Positions 40,340-57,327 are shown, counted from the stretch's first letter. The stretch is DNA of 64,000 bases from an uncultured delta proteobacterium (GCA_963760795.1 CAVXEP010000029.1:256001-320000); one strand, 5' to 3'. Notes: generated by a model from the sequence alone, not told the origin. Numbers and translations are program-made.

Positions 40340-40476
40340 TAAGGTAACTCGCACTTGCTGAACCTTGACCGCGAATTCGTCGGTATCGCCGCCGGTTTGG
40401 ACAATTCGTTTCGCGGGCGCTCGACCCGCAATCAGTCCAATCAAACATTCCTTTCGGTCAATTTCTCGGTTCTCGC

Positions 40477-40494
40477 TGTCGCATTTTTGGGACA
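40477..40494. promoter_or_regulatory. 18-bp palindromic site upstream of the poly-HAMP kinase operon
   Basis: TGTCGC-ATTTTT-GGGACA. Confidence 0.55.
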
Positions 40495-40684
40495 AAAGCA
40501 CGGCTAATATTCAAGGCGATTTTTAAAAAATGGTTTACCGCAAAAGAATTTTGTCCCCGGGAAAAATTTTGATAACGTCGGAGCAGCGGTCATAGTACAA
40601 TTGAAATTCGATACCACCGACGCCACCGGCGTTTTGTCGCGGTGGTGGTGACGCGTCAAACCGCTAGGCCTGAGGAGAGCTTCC

Positions 40685-47014
<6,330 letters not shown>

Positions 47015-47033
47015 CGGAACCGACCGACGAGCC

Positions 47034-47061
47034 GTAGGGGCGATTCATGAATCGCCCCTAC
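47034..47061. repeat. GTAG-type REP, perfect 28-bp palindrome
   Basis: GTAGGGGCGATTCATGAATCGCCCCTAC. Confidence 0.75.
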
Positions 47062-47075
47062 CTTGATCTTAGGGT

Positions 47076-48185
47076 ATGAGCGAACCGATTAATATTCTCC
47101 TCGTCGACGATCAGGCGCGCAATCTCGATGCGCTCGAGGCGGTGTTGACGTCGCCGGACTACCGGCTGGTGCGCGCCCAATCGGCCAACGACGCGCTGCT
47201 GGCACTGCTCGCCGACGACTTCGCGGTCATCGTGCTCGATATCCGCATGCCGGAGATCGACGGCTACGAGCTCGCGCAGATGATCAAGCAGCGCAAAAAG
47301 AACCAGCATCTGCCGATCATTTTCTTAACCGCCTATTTGCAGGATGATAGAGACGTCATCGATGGTTACGGCGCCGGCGCGGTGGACTACTTAACCAAGC
47401 CGATCAACCCATTGATTCTGAAATCCAAGGTCGCTGTCTTTGTCGATCTGTTTCGCAAAAGCCGCGAGCTGGCGCGCCTGAACGAAATAATGGAGAGCGA
47501 GATTGAAGAGCGGGTGGCGCAGGTCCGCGCGAGCCTGCGCGAAAAAGAGATATTGCTCAAGGAAGTCCATCACCGGGTAAAAAATAACATGCAGATCATC
47601 TCGAGCCTGCTGAGCCTGCAAGCCGAGCGCGCCGGCGCAACCCAGCGCGACTTTCGCGACGTGCGCGATCGCGTGCGCTCGATGGCGCTGGTGCACGAGA
47701 AGCTCTACCAGTCGGAGAATTTAGCGTGCGTGCAGATTGCCGAATATGCGCGCAGTTTGATGAACGATCTGTTTCAAGCCTACGCCAGCGGCCTGCCCAA
47801 GGTGCAACTCCGCCTCGATCTCGAGAGCGCCGAGCTGCCTGTGGATCGCGCCATCTCCTTCGGGCTGATCCTCAACGAGTTGGCGACCAATGCCTTCAAG
47901 CATGCGTTTCATGACCGTGACAACGGTGAAATCGAGATCAAACTGCAAACTGTGCCGCAGGGAGAAATCCGCCTGCGTTTCGCCGACAACGGCGGGGGTT
48001 TTGCCGCGCCGTTGAACTGGGAGAGCGCCGATTCGTTGGGGCTGCGCTTGCTGCGCATGCTAACCCGCCAGCTTGGCGGTCAAATCGAAATGCGCAGCGA
48101 CCGGGGCACGACCGTTGAGCTGAGCTTTAAAATCGATCCAGCGCGCGATTCGCCGGGCGGCAATTTGCCGAGGGTGAGCTCATGA
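47076..48185 (+). CDS. Receiver + HisKA_2 histidine kinase
   Basis: ILLVDD..VLDIRMP..KP receiver; EVHHRVKNNMQ; NELATNAFKHAF; DNG.G; SLGLRL. Confidence 0.9.
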   Translation: MSEPINILLVDDQARNLDALEAVLTSPDYRLVRAQSANDALLALLADDFAVIVLDIRMPEIDGYELAQMIKQRKKNQHLPIIFLTAYLQDDRDVIDGYGAGAVDYLTKPINPLILKSKVAVFVDLFRKSRELARLNEIMESEIEERVAQVRASLREKEILLKEVHHRVKNNMQIISSLLSLQAERAGATQRDFRDVRDRVRSMALVHEKLYQSENLACVQIAEYARSLMNDLFQAYASGLPKVQLRLDLESAELPVDRAISFGLILNELATNAFKHAFHDRDNGEIEIKLQTVPQGEIRLRFADNGGGFAAPLNWESADSLGLRLLRMLTRQLGGQIEMRSDRGTTVELSFKIDPARDSPGGNLPRVSS

Positions 48186-50178
48186 GCGGCGCCAACATTC
48201 TAGTGGTCGAAGATGAAGCGATCGTCGCGCTCGATCTGAGCCAACGCTTGACCGGCCTGGGTTACCGAGTCGTCGACACCGTCGCCGAAGGGGAAAAGGT
48301 GGTTGCCGCGGTGCTTGAGCACAATCCGGATCTGGTGCTGATGGACCTGCGACTGGCCGGGGCCCTGGACGGGATCGCCACAGCGCGACAGGTCGCGCTA
48401 GGTGCGCGACGTCCCGATCGTTTTCTTGACCGCCCATTCCGACCCCGAAACCCTTGCCCAGGCATGCTTAACCGGCCCCTTCGGCTATATTCTGAAGCCC
48501 TTCGATGAGCGCGAGCTGCACACCCAGCTTGAAATCGCACTCTATCGCCATGGCGCCGAACGGCGCGTGCGCGAAAGCGAAGCGCAGTTAAGGTCGATCA
48601 TGGACACGGCGGCCGATTGTATTATGGAAATCGACGATAACGGCACGCTGCTTAACAGCAACCCCGCTGCCGAGCAAATATTCGGTTACGCCGCGGCTGA
48701 AATGGCCGGCCGCAACGCCTGCGTCTTGATGCCGGAGTTTGCCCGCATCATGCAAAAGGACGAGGCCCAGTGGTCGCTTAAAACCAGCGGTGGAAAAATT
48801 GTTGGCGAAGTCCAGGAACTTAGCGCCATCCAAAAAGACGGGGCGGTGATTCCCGTGGAGCTTACGGTAAGCCGCAAAGACGGTGCGCAAAAGCGCACCT
48901 ATATCACCATCGTTCGCGATCTCAGACGGCGCAAGCAACTTGAGAACAGACTCAAACAGCTGGTTGACGATCTGCGTGAGACCGACCAGCGCAAGGATGA
49001 ATTTTTAGCGACGCTGTCGCACGAACTACGCAATCCCCTGGCGCCGATCCGCAATGCCGTGACTATTTTGAAGAGTGTCCAACCGGCCGACGAGAAATTT
49101 AAATGGTGCTGCGAAATCCTCGACACCCAAGTCGATCAGATGAGCTGCTTGTTGGAAGACCTGCTCGACGTTAGCCGGATCGCCCGGGGCAGTCTATTGC
49201 TGCGCCAAGAATGGCTCGATTTTCGCGAAATTATGAGCCATATCGTCGCAATCGGCCGTTCGGATGTCGAAGCCGCAGGGCATAAGTTCGTCGTTGATCT
49301 GCCCGAAAACGACGTCAGGCTGTTTGCCGATCGCGCCCGGCTGACGCAAATCTTCTCCAACCTTTTGAACAATGCCGCGAAATATACGGAGGGCAACGGC
49401 GAGGTCCGGTTCTCGGCAACATGTGAAAGCGGCGCAATCGTCGTGCAAGTCAAAGATACCGGCATCGGCATCTCGGCTGAACTATTGCCCCATGTGTTCA
49501 CAATGTTCAAGCAAGCCGACAGCAGTTTGGAACGCGGCCGGGGCGGGCTTGGCATCGGCCTCGCTTTGGTGCAAAGCCTGGTCGAGCTGCACGGTGGCAC
49601 GGTTGAGGCTAATAGCGCCGGCCTTGGCCAAGGTAGTGTGTTTACGGTGCGGTTGCCGGTGGCGCCGGTCAGCCCGGTTGCAGCTGAAATGCCCACAGCC
49701 GTCGTCGAGGAGAACGGCCGGCGCAGCGCAGCTGGTTAGGCCGATACGGATTCTGATCGTCGACGATAATAAATTGCAGGCCCAAAGCCTCGGGCTTTTG
49801 GTCGAGCTATGGGGCTATGATTTCCAGCTCGCTTTTGACGGACCGGGAGCGCTTACGGCTTTAGCCAACTACTCGGCTGATGTCGCGCTTATCGATATCG
49901 GCCTGCCGGGTCTCAGCGGCTATGAAGTCGCGCGGCAAATCCGCGCACAGCCGCAATGGCGCCACATGACCCTGATTGCGCAGACCGGGTGGGGCCGCGA
50001 CAGCGATCGCGGGAATTCGGGACAAGCGGGTTTTGATCATCATTTCACCAAGCCGCTCAACCACGAGGCTTTGGAAAAAGTTCTCAATCAGGCCGCGGCA
50101 AAAAAGCTTGGCACAGCAATCGTTTTCGACAAATTTCAGCGCGTTGGTCCGACCAGTCCGCTGAAACCTAGCGATTGA
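48182..50178 (+). CDS. Receiver-PAS-histidine kinase-receiver hybrid; +1 frameshifts near 48398 and 49720
   Basis: ILVVEDE..LMDLRL / PIVFLTA..GYILKPF; PAS; SHELRNPL; final receiver LIVDD..LIDIGLP..AQTGWGR. Confidence 0.85.
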
Positions 50179-50267
50179 GTCGGTCAAAGCGCAATCTCTT
50201 CCCCGACGCGGCGCAGCCGCAACCCAAGCAGCCAAGCGACACGCAAAGTTCGCAAAAACGATCGGAT

Positions 50268-50293
50268 CTAGGGGCGGACGTGAAACCTGCCCT
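50268..50293. repeat. Degenerate REP-like hairpin
   Basis: CTAGGGGCGGACGTGAAACCTGCCCT. Confidence 0.4.
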
Positions 50294-50412
50294 GACCGCC
50301 AGCCGCCGCCCCGCGGGCCGGATTGGCGCGGTTGGCGGCGCGTTCCGGTTATGCTAGTCTGCGGCAGTTTTCACCTCCGATGAATCGTCAATCCGGATTT
50401 AAGCAGGGGAGC

Positions 50413-51081
50413 ATGGTCGGTAAAAAAATTAGCAACTTGAAATTGCCGTGTGGCTTGATTGTCGCTAGCGCGCTGATGATGTCTTGTTACCTGACACCGA
50501 AAATTCCGGTCGTTGCCGATGAGCCGATCGAGAGGATGGTAAGCGACGAAGCCAGTCGGATCCTAGCCGCTGCCGATCCACTCGCCGAGTTTTCCCATTA
50601 CCGTTTTCAGCTTTCAGCGTTTCCGCGGCAGGATCTGCTCGGTGTCAGCATTGGCCGCGGGCGGATCTATATCAGTTATCAGCTCGGGCAACTGGCGCTC
50701 AAAAAATCCTATCATCGCTGGTTGTTGCGGCAGACCCTGGCCCATGAAATCGCTCACGAGCTTGCCGGACATGCAAACCAGCGCGGCGCCGTTGCTAACA
50801 ACCCGTCATCACAAGCGGGTATCACGGCACGCCATCTCGGGCTCGATGGGCTGGTGCAATTCCAAAACTATTCCGTCGAAAAAGAGTTGCAAGCGGATTT
50901 TTACGCAATGAATTATTGGGCCACGCTTGGCTGGGATTGCGCCATCTGGGTCGATATCCTGCGCGGCTTTCAAAAGCAGAATTATGCCGGAGATGTTTTC
51001 CACCCGACCGATCGCCGCCTGGAGCAGGCATCAATAAACTGTCCCGCGATCCGTCAACCGCCAACACTTCCGCCTGATTAG
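50413..51081 (+). CDS. M48-family metallopeptidase, probable lipoprotein
   Basis: LAHEIAHE, YS.EKELQAD, FHPT..RL; GGGGAG RBS. Confidence 0.78.
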   Translation: MVGKKISNLKLPCGLIVASALMMSCYLTPKIPVVADEPIERMVSDEASRILAAADPLAEFSHYRFQLSAFPRQDLLGVSIGRGRIYISYQLGQLALKKSYHRWLLRQTLAHEIAHELAGHANQRGAVANNPSSQAGITARHLGLDGLVQFQNYSVEKELQADFYAMNYWATLGWDCAIWVDILRGFQKQNYAGDVFHPTDRRLEQASINCPAIRQPPTLPPD

Positions 51082-51280
51082 ACTGCGTACTTTGCGTAGT
51101 CTGGTACAACCATAACTAGTGACGCGCTCAAATTGCCGAACCACCATCGAAAAAGCTGAAAAAAATCGGCTAGTGTCGAAGCGCAGGGGCGCGATTTCGA
51201 GAATTTTTTCGCCTGGGATGGCGTCAATCCCGGCCGCCGCGTCGTTGCCTACTCCTCGTTGAGTTGTTTGCTTACTATAA

Positions 51281-51673
51281 CTATTTCTTCAGCGCGCTAA
51301 TCATTACTCCCCAGAGCGCGGCGAGCACGCCGCATGCCGCCAGTGTCAGACCGACAAATGGCACCAAGAGCGTTAGCGCCGCGCCCACCATGATCAAGCC
51401 AATACCGGCGGCGAGAGGATTGAGCGGACGGCGCCGTGCGTCAGCTACGACTTCCGTGTCGACGGATGCCAAACCCGGACGCAAGCCTTGCTCGCGAATT
51501 AGTGAATTTGCGCTTTCCGCGAGTTCTTCGCGGCTCTCAGGATCGGACGCCTGAATCAAACGGCCGATCTCGCCGGCCAACCGTTCGATTTCGGCTTCGC
51601 GCTGCGGTTGCGGATCCGGTTGGGCTCCAACCTTCCTCTGTGAATCCTCATCGCGCGGCATTGATTGTTCCAT
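51281..51673 (-). CDS. Hypothetical protein with C-terminal membrane hairpin
   Basis: Intact ORF directly downstream of a canonical sigma54 promoter. Confidence 0.65.
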   Translation of the reverse strand: MEQSMPRDEDSQRKVGAQPDPQPQREAEIERLAGEIGRLIQASDPESREELAESANSLIREQGLRPGLASVDTEVVADARRRPLNPLAAGIGLIMVGAALTLLVPFVGLTLAACGVLAALWGVMISALKK

Positions 51674-51691
51674 GGCTGACTTTTCTAAGTG

Positions 51692-51708
51692 AGCAATGCT
51701 TATGCCAA
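51692..51708 (-). promoter_or_regulatory. sigma54 -24/-12 promoter
   Basis: TTGGCATAAGCATTGCT. Confidence 0.72.
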
Positions 51709-51827
51709 TGTGCTTGCGGTGCTGCTACGAACCGTTTCGTAATTCAGTTATCATGAGTGGACTAAGTTTTGCAAATCTTTGCAAGTTGTTCGCTCGTGGT
51801 CGGAAAAAATTATCAAGGTGGAACGCT

Positions 51828-52046
51828 GTGGTTAAAGTGAAAAAATCATCGGATGAAAAATCCGAACGAAATCAGGCGGCCGAGCCTCTGCTAATTGAGC
51901 TCAGCACGACAGCGAAAACGAATCTGAAAAAGCTCCAGTTACGATCTTTAGATCGACAGGGACGGCAACCGGACACTTCACAGATTATCGAAAAACTGAT
52001 CAATGCTGCGGCGGTTAGTGGACCGGATGCGCCTTACCCGGAATGA
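51828..52046 (+). CDS. Small hypothetical protein, possibly ribbon-helix-helix-like
   Basis: LLIELS...NLKKLQ...TSQIIEKLI strand-helix-helix pattern; start uncertain. Confidence 0.4.
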   Translation: MVKVKKSSDEKSERNQAAEPLLIELSTTAKTNLKKLQLRSLDRQGRQPDTSQIIEKLINAAAVSGPDAPYPE

Positions 52047-52101
52047 TCGACCGATAGATGATTCGCCGCTCGTCTATCCGCGGGCCTTATTCGGTTGATC
52101 C

Positions 52102-53370
52102 ATGCATCGCATTGTAATAATTGGCGGCGGCTTTGGCGGGCTGTGCGCCGCGCAGTCGATGAAAAATTTACCCGTGCAGGTCACGCTGATAGACCGGCGC
52201 AATTTCCATCTTTTTCAGCCGCTACTTTACCAGGTTGCAACCGGGTGGTTGTCGCCGGCCAACATCGCGTCGACTCTGCGAGCGGTGCTGCGTTACCAAA
52301 AAAATGCGCAGGTTCTGCTGGCAGAGGTGACCGACATCGACGCGGAGCGGCGCAAAGTGATTTTTGCCGGCGGCGAGCTCGGCTATGACACGTTGATCGT
52401 TGCCACAGGATCAAGCCATCATTATTTCGGACATGACGATTGGGAGAAGTTTGCGCCCGGTCTCAAAACCATCGAAGACGCGACGGAGATGCGCCGACGG
52501 ATATTTTCCGCGTTCGAATCCGCCGAGCGTGAGACCGATGCGGCGAAGATTCGAGCCTGGCTTACTTTCACTATCGTCGGCGGTGGCCCGACTGGAGTGG
52601 AGCTCGCCGGGGCATTGGCCGATATCGCTAACAAAACTTTAACCCATGACTTTCGCAGTATCGATCCCGCCGACGCGCGGATTCTTATAGTCGAAGCGTC
52701 GGATCGCATCCTGTCGACTTATCCGGAGGATCTATCGAGCAAAGCGCAAAGTTTTTTAAATAATCTTGGCGTTTCAGTGCAAACTCGCACCGCGGTCACA
52801 GATATCCGTCCCGGTCAGGTCGCGGTCAGGCGTGGCGAGATCTATGAGACAATTCCATGTCAGACCGTGCTCTGGGCGGCTGGGGTGCGCGCCTCCCATC
52901 TTGGCGCAGCGCTGGCGCGCTGCGGCGTTGCGACGTTGGATCGCGGCGGCAGAGTGATCGTTCAGAACGATTTTTCGATTGCCGATCATCCGGAAATTTT
53001 CGTGATCGGCGATCTGGCCAGCTATACGCCGGGCGGCGGCAAGCCATTGCCGGGCATTGCCCCGGTAGCGCAACAGGCGGGTCGCTATGTCGCCAAAGTC
53101 ATTGGCGCCCGGCTCACTGGCAAAACGTTGCCGCGATTCAAGTATCGCGACCGTGGCAGCATGGCCATTGTCGGCCGGGCGACGGCAATCGCCGATTTAG
53201 CAGGGGTCCATCTCGCCGGATTTACCGCTTGGCTTGCCTGGTTGTTCGTTCATCTGATGCAGCTGGTTGAATTTGAAAACCGCGTGCTTGTGCTGGTGCA
53301 ATGGGGCTGGTTTTATTTTCGCCGCAGCCGTGCCGCGCGGTTAATCACCGGTGATAAGTTTGAAACGTGA
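52102..53370 (+). CDS. ndh: Type II NADH:quinone oxidoreductase
   Basis: GGGFGG, FQPLLYQVATG, VGGGPTGVELAG, WAAGV, FVIGD. Confidence 0.92.
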   Translation: MHRIVIIGGGFGGLCAAQSMKNLPVQVTLIDRRNFHLFQPLLYQVATGWLSPANIASTLRAVLRYQKNAQVLLAEVTDIDAERRKVIFAGGELGYDTLIVATGSSHHYFGHDDWEKFAPGLKTIEDATEMRRRIFSAFESAERETDAAKIRAWLTFTIVGGGPTGVELAGALADIANKTLTHDFRSIDPADARILIVEASDRILSTYPEDLSSKAQSFLNNLGVSVQTRTAVTDIRPGQVAVRRGEIYETIPCQTVLWAAGVRASHLGAALARCGVATLDRGGRVIVQNDFSIADHPEIFVIGDLASYTPGGGKPLPGIAPVAQQAGRYVAKVIGARLTGKTLPRFKYRDRGSMAIVGRATAIADLAGVHLAGFTAWLAWLFVHLMQLVEFENRVLVLVQWGWFYFRRSRAARLITGDKFET

Positions 53371-53760
53371 CGCAGTATGACGAAATCGACGCCGAAATGT
53401 TTCCGCCTCTGTGGATTTGCTGCCGACCTGCTTGATAGAACGCGCGCAAGTTTGGGATGAAATGAATTTGAAGCGACCCTTCAATAACGCCGCTACGGTC
53501 AGCGCGAGGGACTCCGTGTAACCGGGGCTCTGGAGTTTCCACTGACAAGCAAACGCCTGATTGGCAAGGACAGCCTTTCGAGCACCAGATAATACGCCGC
53601 TAAACATGCGTTTGGGTAGGTAATAATTTGGCGCAATACTAGCGTCTCGTTTTCGATACACGCCCAAGCTTTTCGTGTCGTTTTTGGGATGGCTCACTGA
53701 CGGCGGAATTTTGAAACCGTTAAACTTCGTTGGTTATTCCCCTTTCAGCGACGAATAGTG

Positions 53761-53777
53761 CTGGCATGTCGGTTGCA
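53761..53777 (+). promoter_or_regulatory. sigma54 -24/-12 promoter
   Basis: CTGGCATGTCGGTTGCA. Confidence 0.65.
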
Positions 53778-53937
53778 GCCTTGCCGTCGCGCGATTCATG
53801 CTTGTCCGATTTAAACTATCCGCCGTCAGCGGCTCCAATTTCAACAACAATCGCATCGGCATGAATTGGACGAAAATTATGTCGCCGAGAATGCCGAAAA
53901 ACATATTATAAATGTAAAAGGACAAGGAGATCTGAGT

Positions 53938-54276
53938 ATGGCGAATCTTGCCGTAAACGACCGCTTGAGCCTATGGTTGCAGGTGTTCAACAATAGCAAG
54001 GTCAATGGGGCGCCCTATTTGGGTGACGATTTGCCGGCGCACCGTTGGAGATGGCCGACCGATACTTACATGCGACGCCGCTTGCGCATTTTGCACGCCC
54101 ATCGGGGCGACGAAACGACCAGTCCTAACGTCACCGATAATCGTCGAGCCAATCTTTTGTTCAAACCAGCGGGTTTGATTAGTTTGGCGCTTGAAAGACC
54201 CGACCCACGAGCGGGCTACCCGAAAAAAGCTCGGAAACGACAAGTTTTGTGCGATGTTGCAGCGACCAAGCCGTGA
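53938..54276 (+). CDS. Orphan hypothetical protein
   Basis: AAGGAG RBS before ATG 53938; downstream of a sigma54 promoter; no recognisable motif. Confidence 0.4.
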   Translation: MANLAVNDRLSLWLQVFNNSKVNGAPYLGDDLPAHRWRWPTDTYMRRRLRILHAHRGDETTSPNVTDNRRANLLFKPAGLISLALERPDPRAGYPKKARKRQVLCDVAATKP

Positions 54277-54401
54277 AGCACTCAGTTTGATGGGTGTTCG
54301 CAGTCGTTGCAGCAAACCGCGATTTTTCGCGCGCACCGCTAGCCAATTCTGAGCCTGGGATTGACAGTTATAAAAGTATGGAATTGACGAGGAGGTAAAC
54401 T

Positions 54402-54590
54402 ATGATGAACCACGCGAATCGTGAATTACCTGCAGGCGAGGGTCCATCCATGCCGATTGGTTTGATCTGTTCTTCCTGCGGACTCGGTTTTACCAGCGAG
54501 AAGGAGCTGCGTGACCATCAATTGATTTGCCGCAGCAGCGGCGAGTTTCTCAGCCAGTTCAACATCGATAGCGAAAGGTGTAACAACTGA
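54402..54590 (+). CDS. Small C2HC zinc-finger-like protein
   Basis: GAGGAGGT RBS; CSSCGLGFTSEKELRDHQLIC = C-x2-C-x3-F-x5-L-x2-H-x3-C. Confidence 0.62.
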   Translation: MMNHANRELPAGEGPSMPIGLICSSCGLGFTSEKELRDHQLICRSSGEFLSQFNIDSERCNN

Positions 54591-54807
54591 AAACATTCTG
54601 GAGCAAAGGACCGCAACCTTGATTACTTGATAACGAGGAAAGCTGTGATTCAACCGCGCGAAACAGATTTGCCATTTCTCATGCGGCGGCGATCCTGGCG
54701 TTGTCAGCCCTGTCCGGCCATAGTCTCGGCGCCGAAGGTCCGCCTTTGGCGTTTAAATTGATTACTGACCTTCGGTCATTGGTGAAGTTGCGCCAGCCTA
54801 GGTCGCG

Positions 54808-55602
54808 TTAAGCGTACGCCGTGGTGATTTTCGCTTGGATCGGCAGGTGGTCGGAAGCGCTACGTGCCGGGGTTCGCCGGTGTACTTTGGTTTCGACGAG
54901 CGCTTGTCCGGGCCAAACCCAGATACGGTCCAGCGCGAACAGCGGCAACCATGAAGGAAAAGTGCGCAATCTAGCGGATTTGCCAAAATGGCGCGCCATG
55001 CTCCGGAGTGAACGGCCATAAGGGTGCCATTCGTTAAGGTCGCCCAGGACTACGACCATCTTGTCGCGACGTTCGGAGACGAGATTACTGAGCATGTTAG
55101 TCTGGCGCCGCCGTTCGGGGCCGCTGAGGCCCAAATGGGTCACGATGACGCGCACGATGGCGCCGCCGATATCCAGGTCGGCGTCGATGGCGCCGCGCGG
55201 TTCGCGCCGGGACACGCTCAAGTCGACGTTTCTCACTGCAAGAATCTTATAGCGTGTCAATAACACATTGCCAAAATCGCTATCGCGACGGCGCATCGTC
55301 GTGCCGGCGACCGCTTTAAAATCGCTCTCGCGCGTAAGATATCTAAGCTGAAAGTTTTCATTCCCGCTGGGCTCGCTGTCGACTTCTTGCAAACCGATTA
55401 TTCCGGCATCGAGGTTTTCCAGCACCTCCACGATGCGCCGGTCATCACGCCTACCGTCCGGGCCGACTCCTTGATGGATGTTGTAGGAAGCCGCCGAAAA
55501 AATCAGCGGTTCTTGAGCAACGGTGGGATTCGATTTCCTCAAAAATCTCTCTCTGAAAATCTTGTTGAAAATATTTTTGACATTTCTCGGGCACCGATTC
55601 AA
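54808..55602 (-). CDS. Endonuclease/exonuclease/phosphatase (EEP) family protein; start uncertain
   Basis: SYNIH, GLQEVD, FGN.LLTR, THLGL, LGDLNEW, LDRIW, ASDHLP. Confidence 0.9.
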   Translation of the reverse strand: MNRCPRNVKNIFNKIFRERFLRKSNPTVAQEPLIFSAASYNIHQGVGPDGRRDDRRIVEVLENLDAGIIGLQEVDSEPSGNENFQLRYLTRESDFKAVAGTTMRRRDSDFGNVLLTRYKILAVRNVDLSVSRREPRGAIDADLDIGGAIVRVIVTHLGLSGPERRRQTNMLSNLVSERRDKMVVVLGDLNEWHPYGRSLRSMARHFGKSARLRTFPSWLPLFALDRIWVWPGQALVETKVHRRTPARSASDHLPIQAKITTAYA

Positions 55603-55718
55603 TGTGCAATTGGCGCAGCGCGCAGCGGGATTTCATCTGCAAATCTGGGACGCTAACTTATGTAAACAGAGACATGGTTTTGGCCCAAATGCCGACGGGA
55701 TCTCGGCCAACTGTATTT

Positions 55719-55735
55719 TTGGCACGTCTGTTGCT
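55719..55735 (+). promoter_or_regulatory. sigma54 -24/-12 promoter for the phosphoesterase-nucleotidyltransferase operon
   Basis: TTGGCACGTCTGTTGCT. Confidence 0.78.
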
Positions 55736-55776
55736 GAAATTAATGCCGATAAAGGAATCGTCGGCCTAAACAAATT

Positions 55777-56517
55777 ATGAGTGAAAAAAGAAACATCCGG
55801 GTTGCCGCTGTCGGTGATTTGCACTGCACCAAAACTTCGCAGGGAAAACTGCAAGTATTGTTCCAGCAGATTTCTGAAAATGCAGATATTCTGCTGTTAT
55901 GCGGCGATTTGGTTGACTATGGTCAGCTCGAAGAGGCGACGGTATTGGCTAAGGAATTAGCGCCGATCAAAATTCCCATGCTGGCCGTGCTGGGGAATCA
56001 TGAGTATGAGTCTGGCCAGCAGCTTGAGGTTCAGCATGTCTTAGCCAACGCTGGGGTGACTATTCTCGATGGCGACGCCGTTGAAATTCTCGGCGTCGGC
56101 TTCGTCGGAGCCAAGGGCTTCGGTGGCGGTTTTGGCGAGCAGGCGCTGCAGCCATGGGGCGAGGATTCGATCAAGAATTTTGTTCAGGAGGCCGTCAAAG
56201 AAACTCTGAAGCTCGAATCCGCTTTAGCCAAGTTGCGCACCGAACAGCGGATTGCGCTGCTCCATTACTCGCCGATACGGGCTACGGTGGTCGGCGAGCC
56301 GCCGGAGATCTATCCCTTTCTGGGTTCGAGCCGGCTCGAAGAACCGCTCAATCGATATCCGGTGAACGCGATATTCCACGGCCATGCCCATCGTGGCTGT
56401 CCGGAAGGACGCACGCAAAATAACGTGCCGGTCTATAACGTCGCCATGAAGCTTTTAGCGAAGACTTTTCCAGATCAACAACCCTACAGAATTCTCGAGC
56501 TGCCGGCAGCGTCGTAG
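55777..56517 (+). CDS. Calcineurin-like metallophosphoesterase
   Basis: GDLH, GDLVD, GNHE, LHY, HGHAH. Confidence 0.92.
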   Translation: MSEKRNIRVAAVGDLHCTKTSQGKLQVLFQQISENADILLLCGDLVDYGQLEEATVLAKELAPIKIPMLAVLGNHEYESGQQLEVQHVLANAGVTILDGDAVEILGVGFVGAKGFGGGFGEQALQPWGEDSIKNFVQEAVKETLKLESALAKLRTEQRIALLHYSPIRATVVGEPPEIYPFLGSSRLEEPLNRYPVNAIFHGHAHRGCPEGRTQNNVPVYNVAMKLLAKTFPDQQPYRILELPAAS

Positions 56518-56532
56518 GCCGCGAATTTTCCT

Positions 56533-57327
56533 ATGGAATGCTTAACAGAACAAAATAAAACCAACGATTTTTATTGCCGCGTGCTCAATACCCTCAATGC
56601 GGCAAAAATCCCATTTCTAGTCGGTGGCGCCTGCATGCTCGAGCACCTCACCGGCATTGTCCGGCCGACCAAGGACTTCGATCTTCATGTGCGTCCGCAA
56701 GAGATCGCCGGTGTCTTCGCCACGCTGGACGGCGCGGGTTATCAGACGGAGATGACGTTTTCACACTGGCTCGGCAAAGTCTTTCAGCGCACCCATTACA
56801 TCGATATTATCTTCAGTTCGGGAAATGGTGTGTGCCGCGTCGATGACGAATGGTTCGAGCACGCCCTCGAAGGTGAAATTTTCGGCGTATCGGTGCGGTT
56901 CTGCGCGCCCGAGGAGGCAATCTGGTCCAAAGCTTTCATATTGGAGCGCGAGCGCTACGATGGCGCCGATATCGCCCATCTTATTTTAGCCGCGGCGCAA
57001 CAAATGGATTGGTGCCGGCTCCTGCGCCGATTCGGCGAACATTGGCGGGTGCTTTTGAGCCATCTGGTGATTTTTGGATTTATCTATCCCGGGCGAGTTG
57101 GTCAAGTGCCGGCCTGGTTGCTCGAAGAGCTTTGGCGACGGCTGGTTCGCGAGTCAGAAAACCCAACTGACGATCTGCCGTTATGCCGGGGCACCTTGCT
57201 ATCGCGCACTCAGTATCTCTATGACATAGAAAATTGGGGCTATCTCGACGCGCGCCTGCACCCACCGGCTAGTATGAGCCCGCAGGATATCGAGCGCTGG
57301 ACCCAAAGAGCGATGCAGCAGGAATAA
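56533..57327 (+). CDS. Nucleotidyltransferase family protein (Pol-beta superfamily)
   Basis: FLVGG...RPTKDFDL (DxD), IDIIFSSGNG, ERERYDGAD; 15 bp after the phosphoesterase. Confidence 0.82.
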   Translation: MECLTEQNKTNDFYCRVLNTLNAAKIPFLVGGACMLEHLTGIVRPTKDFDLHVRPQEIAGVFATLDGAGYQTEMTFSHWLGKVFQRTHYIDIIFSSGNGVCRVDDEWFEHALEGEIFGVSVRFCAPEEAIWSKAFILERERYDGADIAHLILAAAQQMDWCRLLRRFGEHWRVLLSHLVIFGFIYPGRVGQVPAWLLEELWRRLVRESENPTDDLPLCRGTLLSRTQYLYDIENWGYLDARLHPPASMSPQDIERWTQRAMQQE

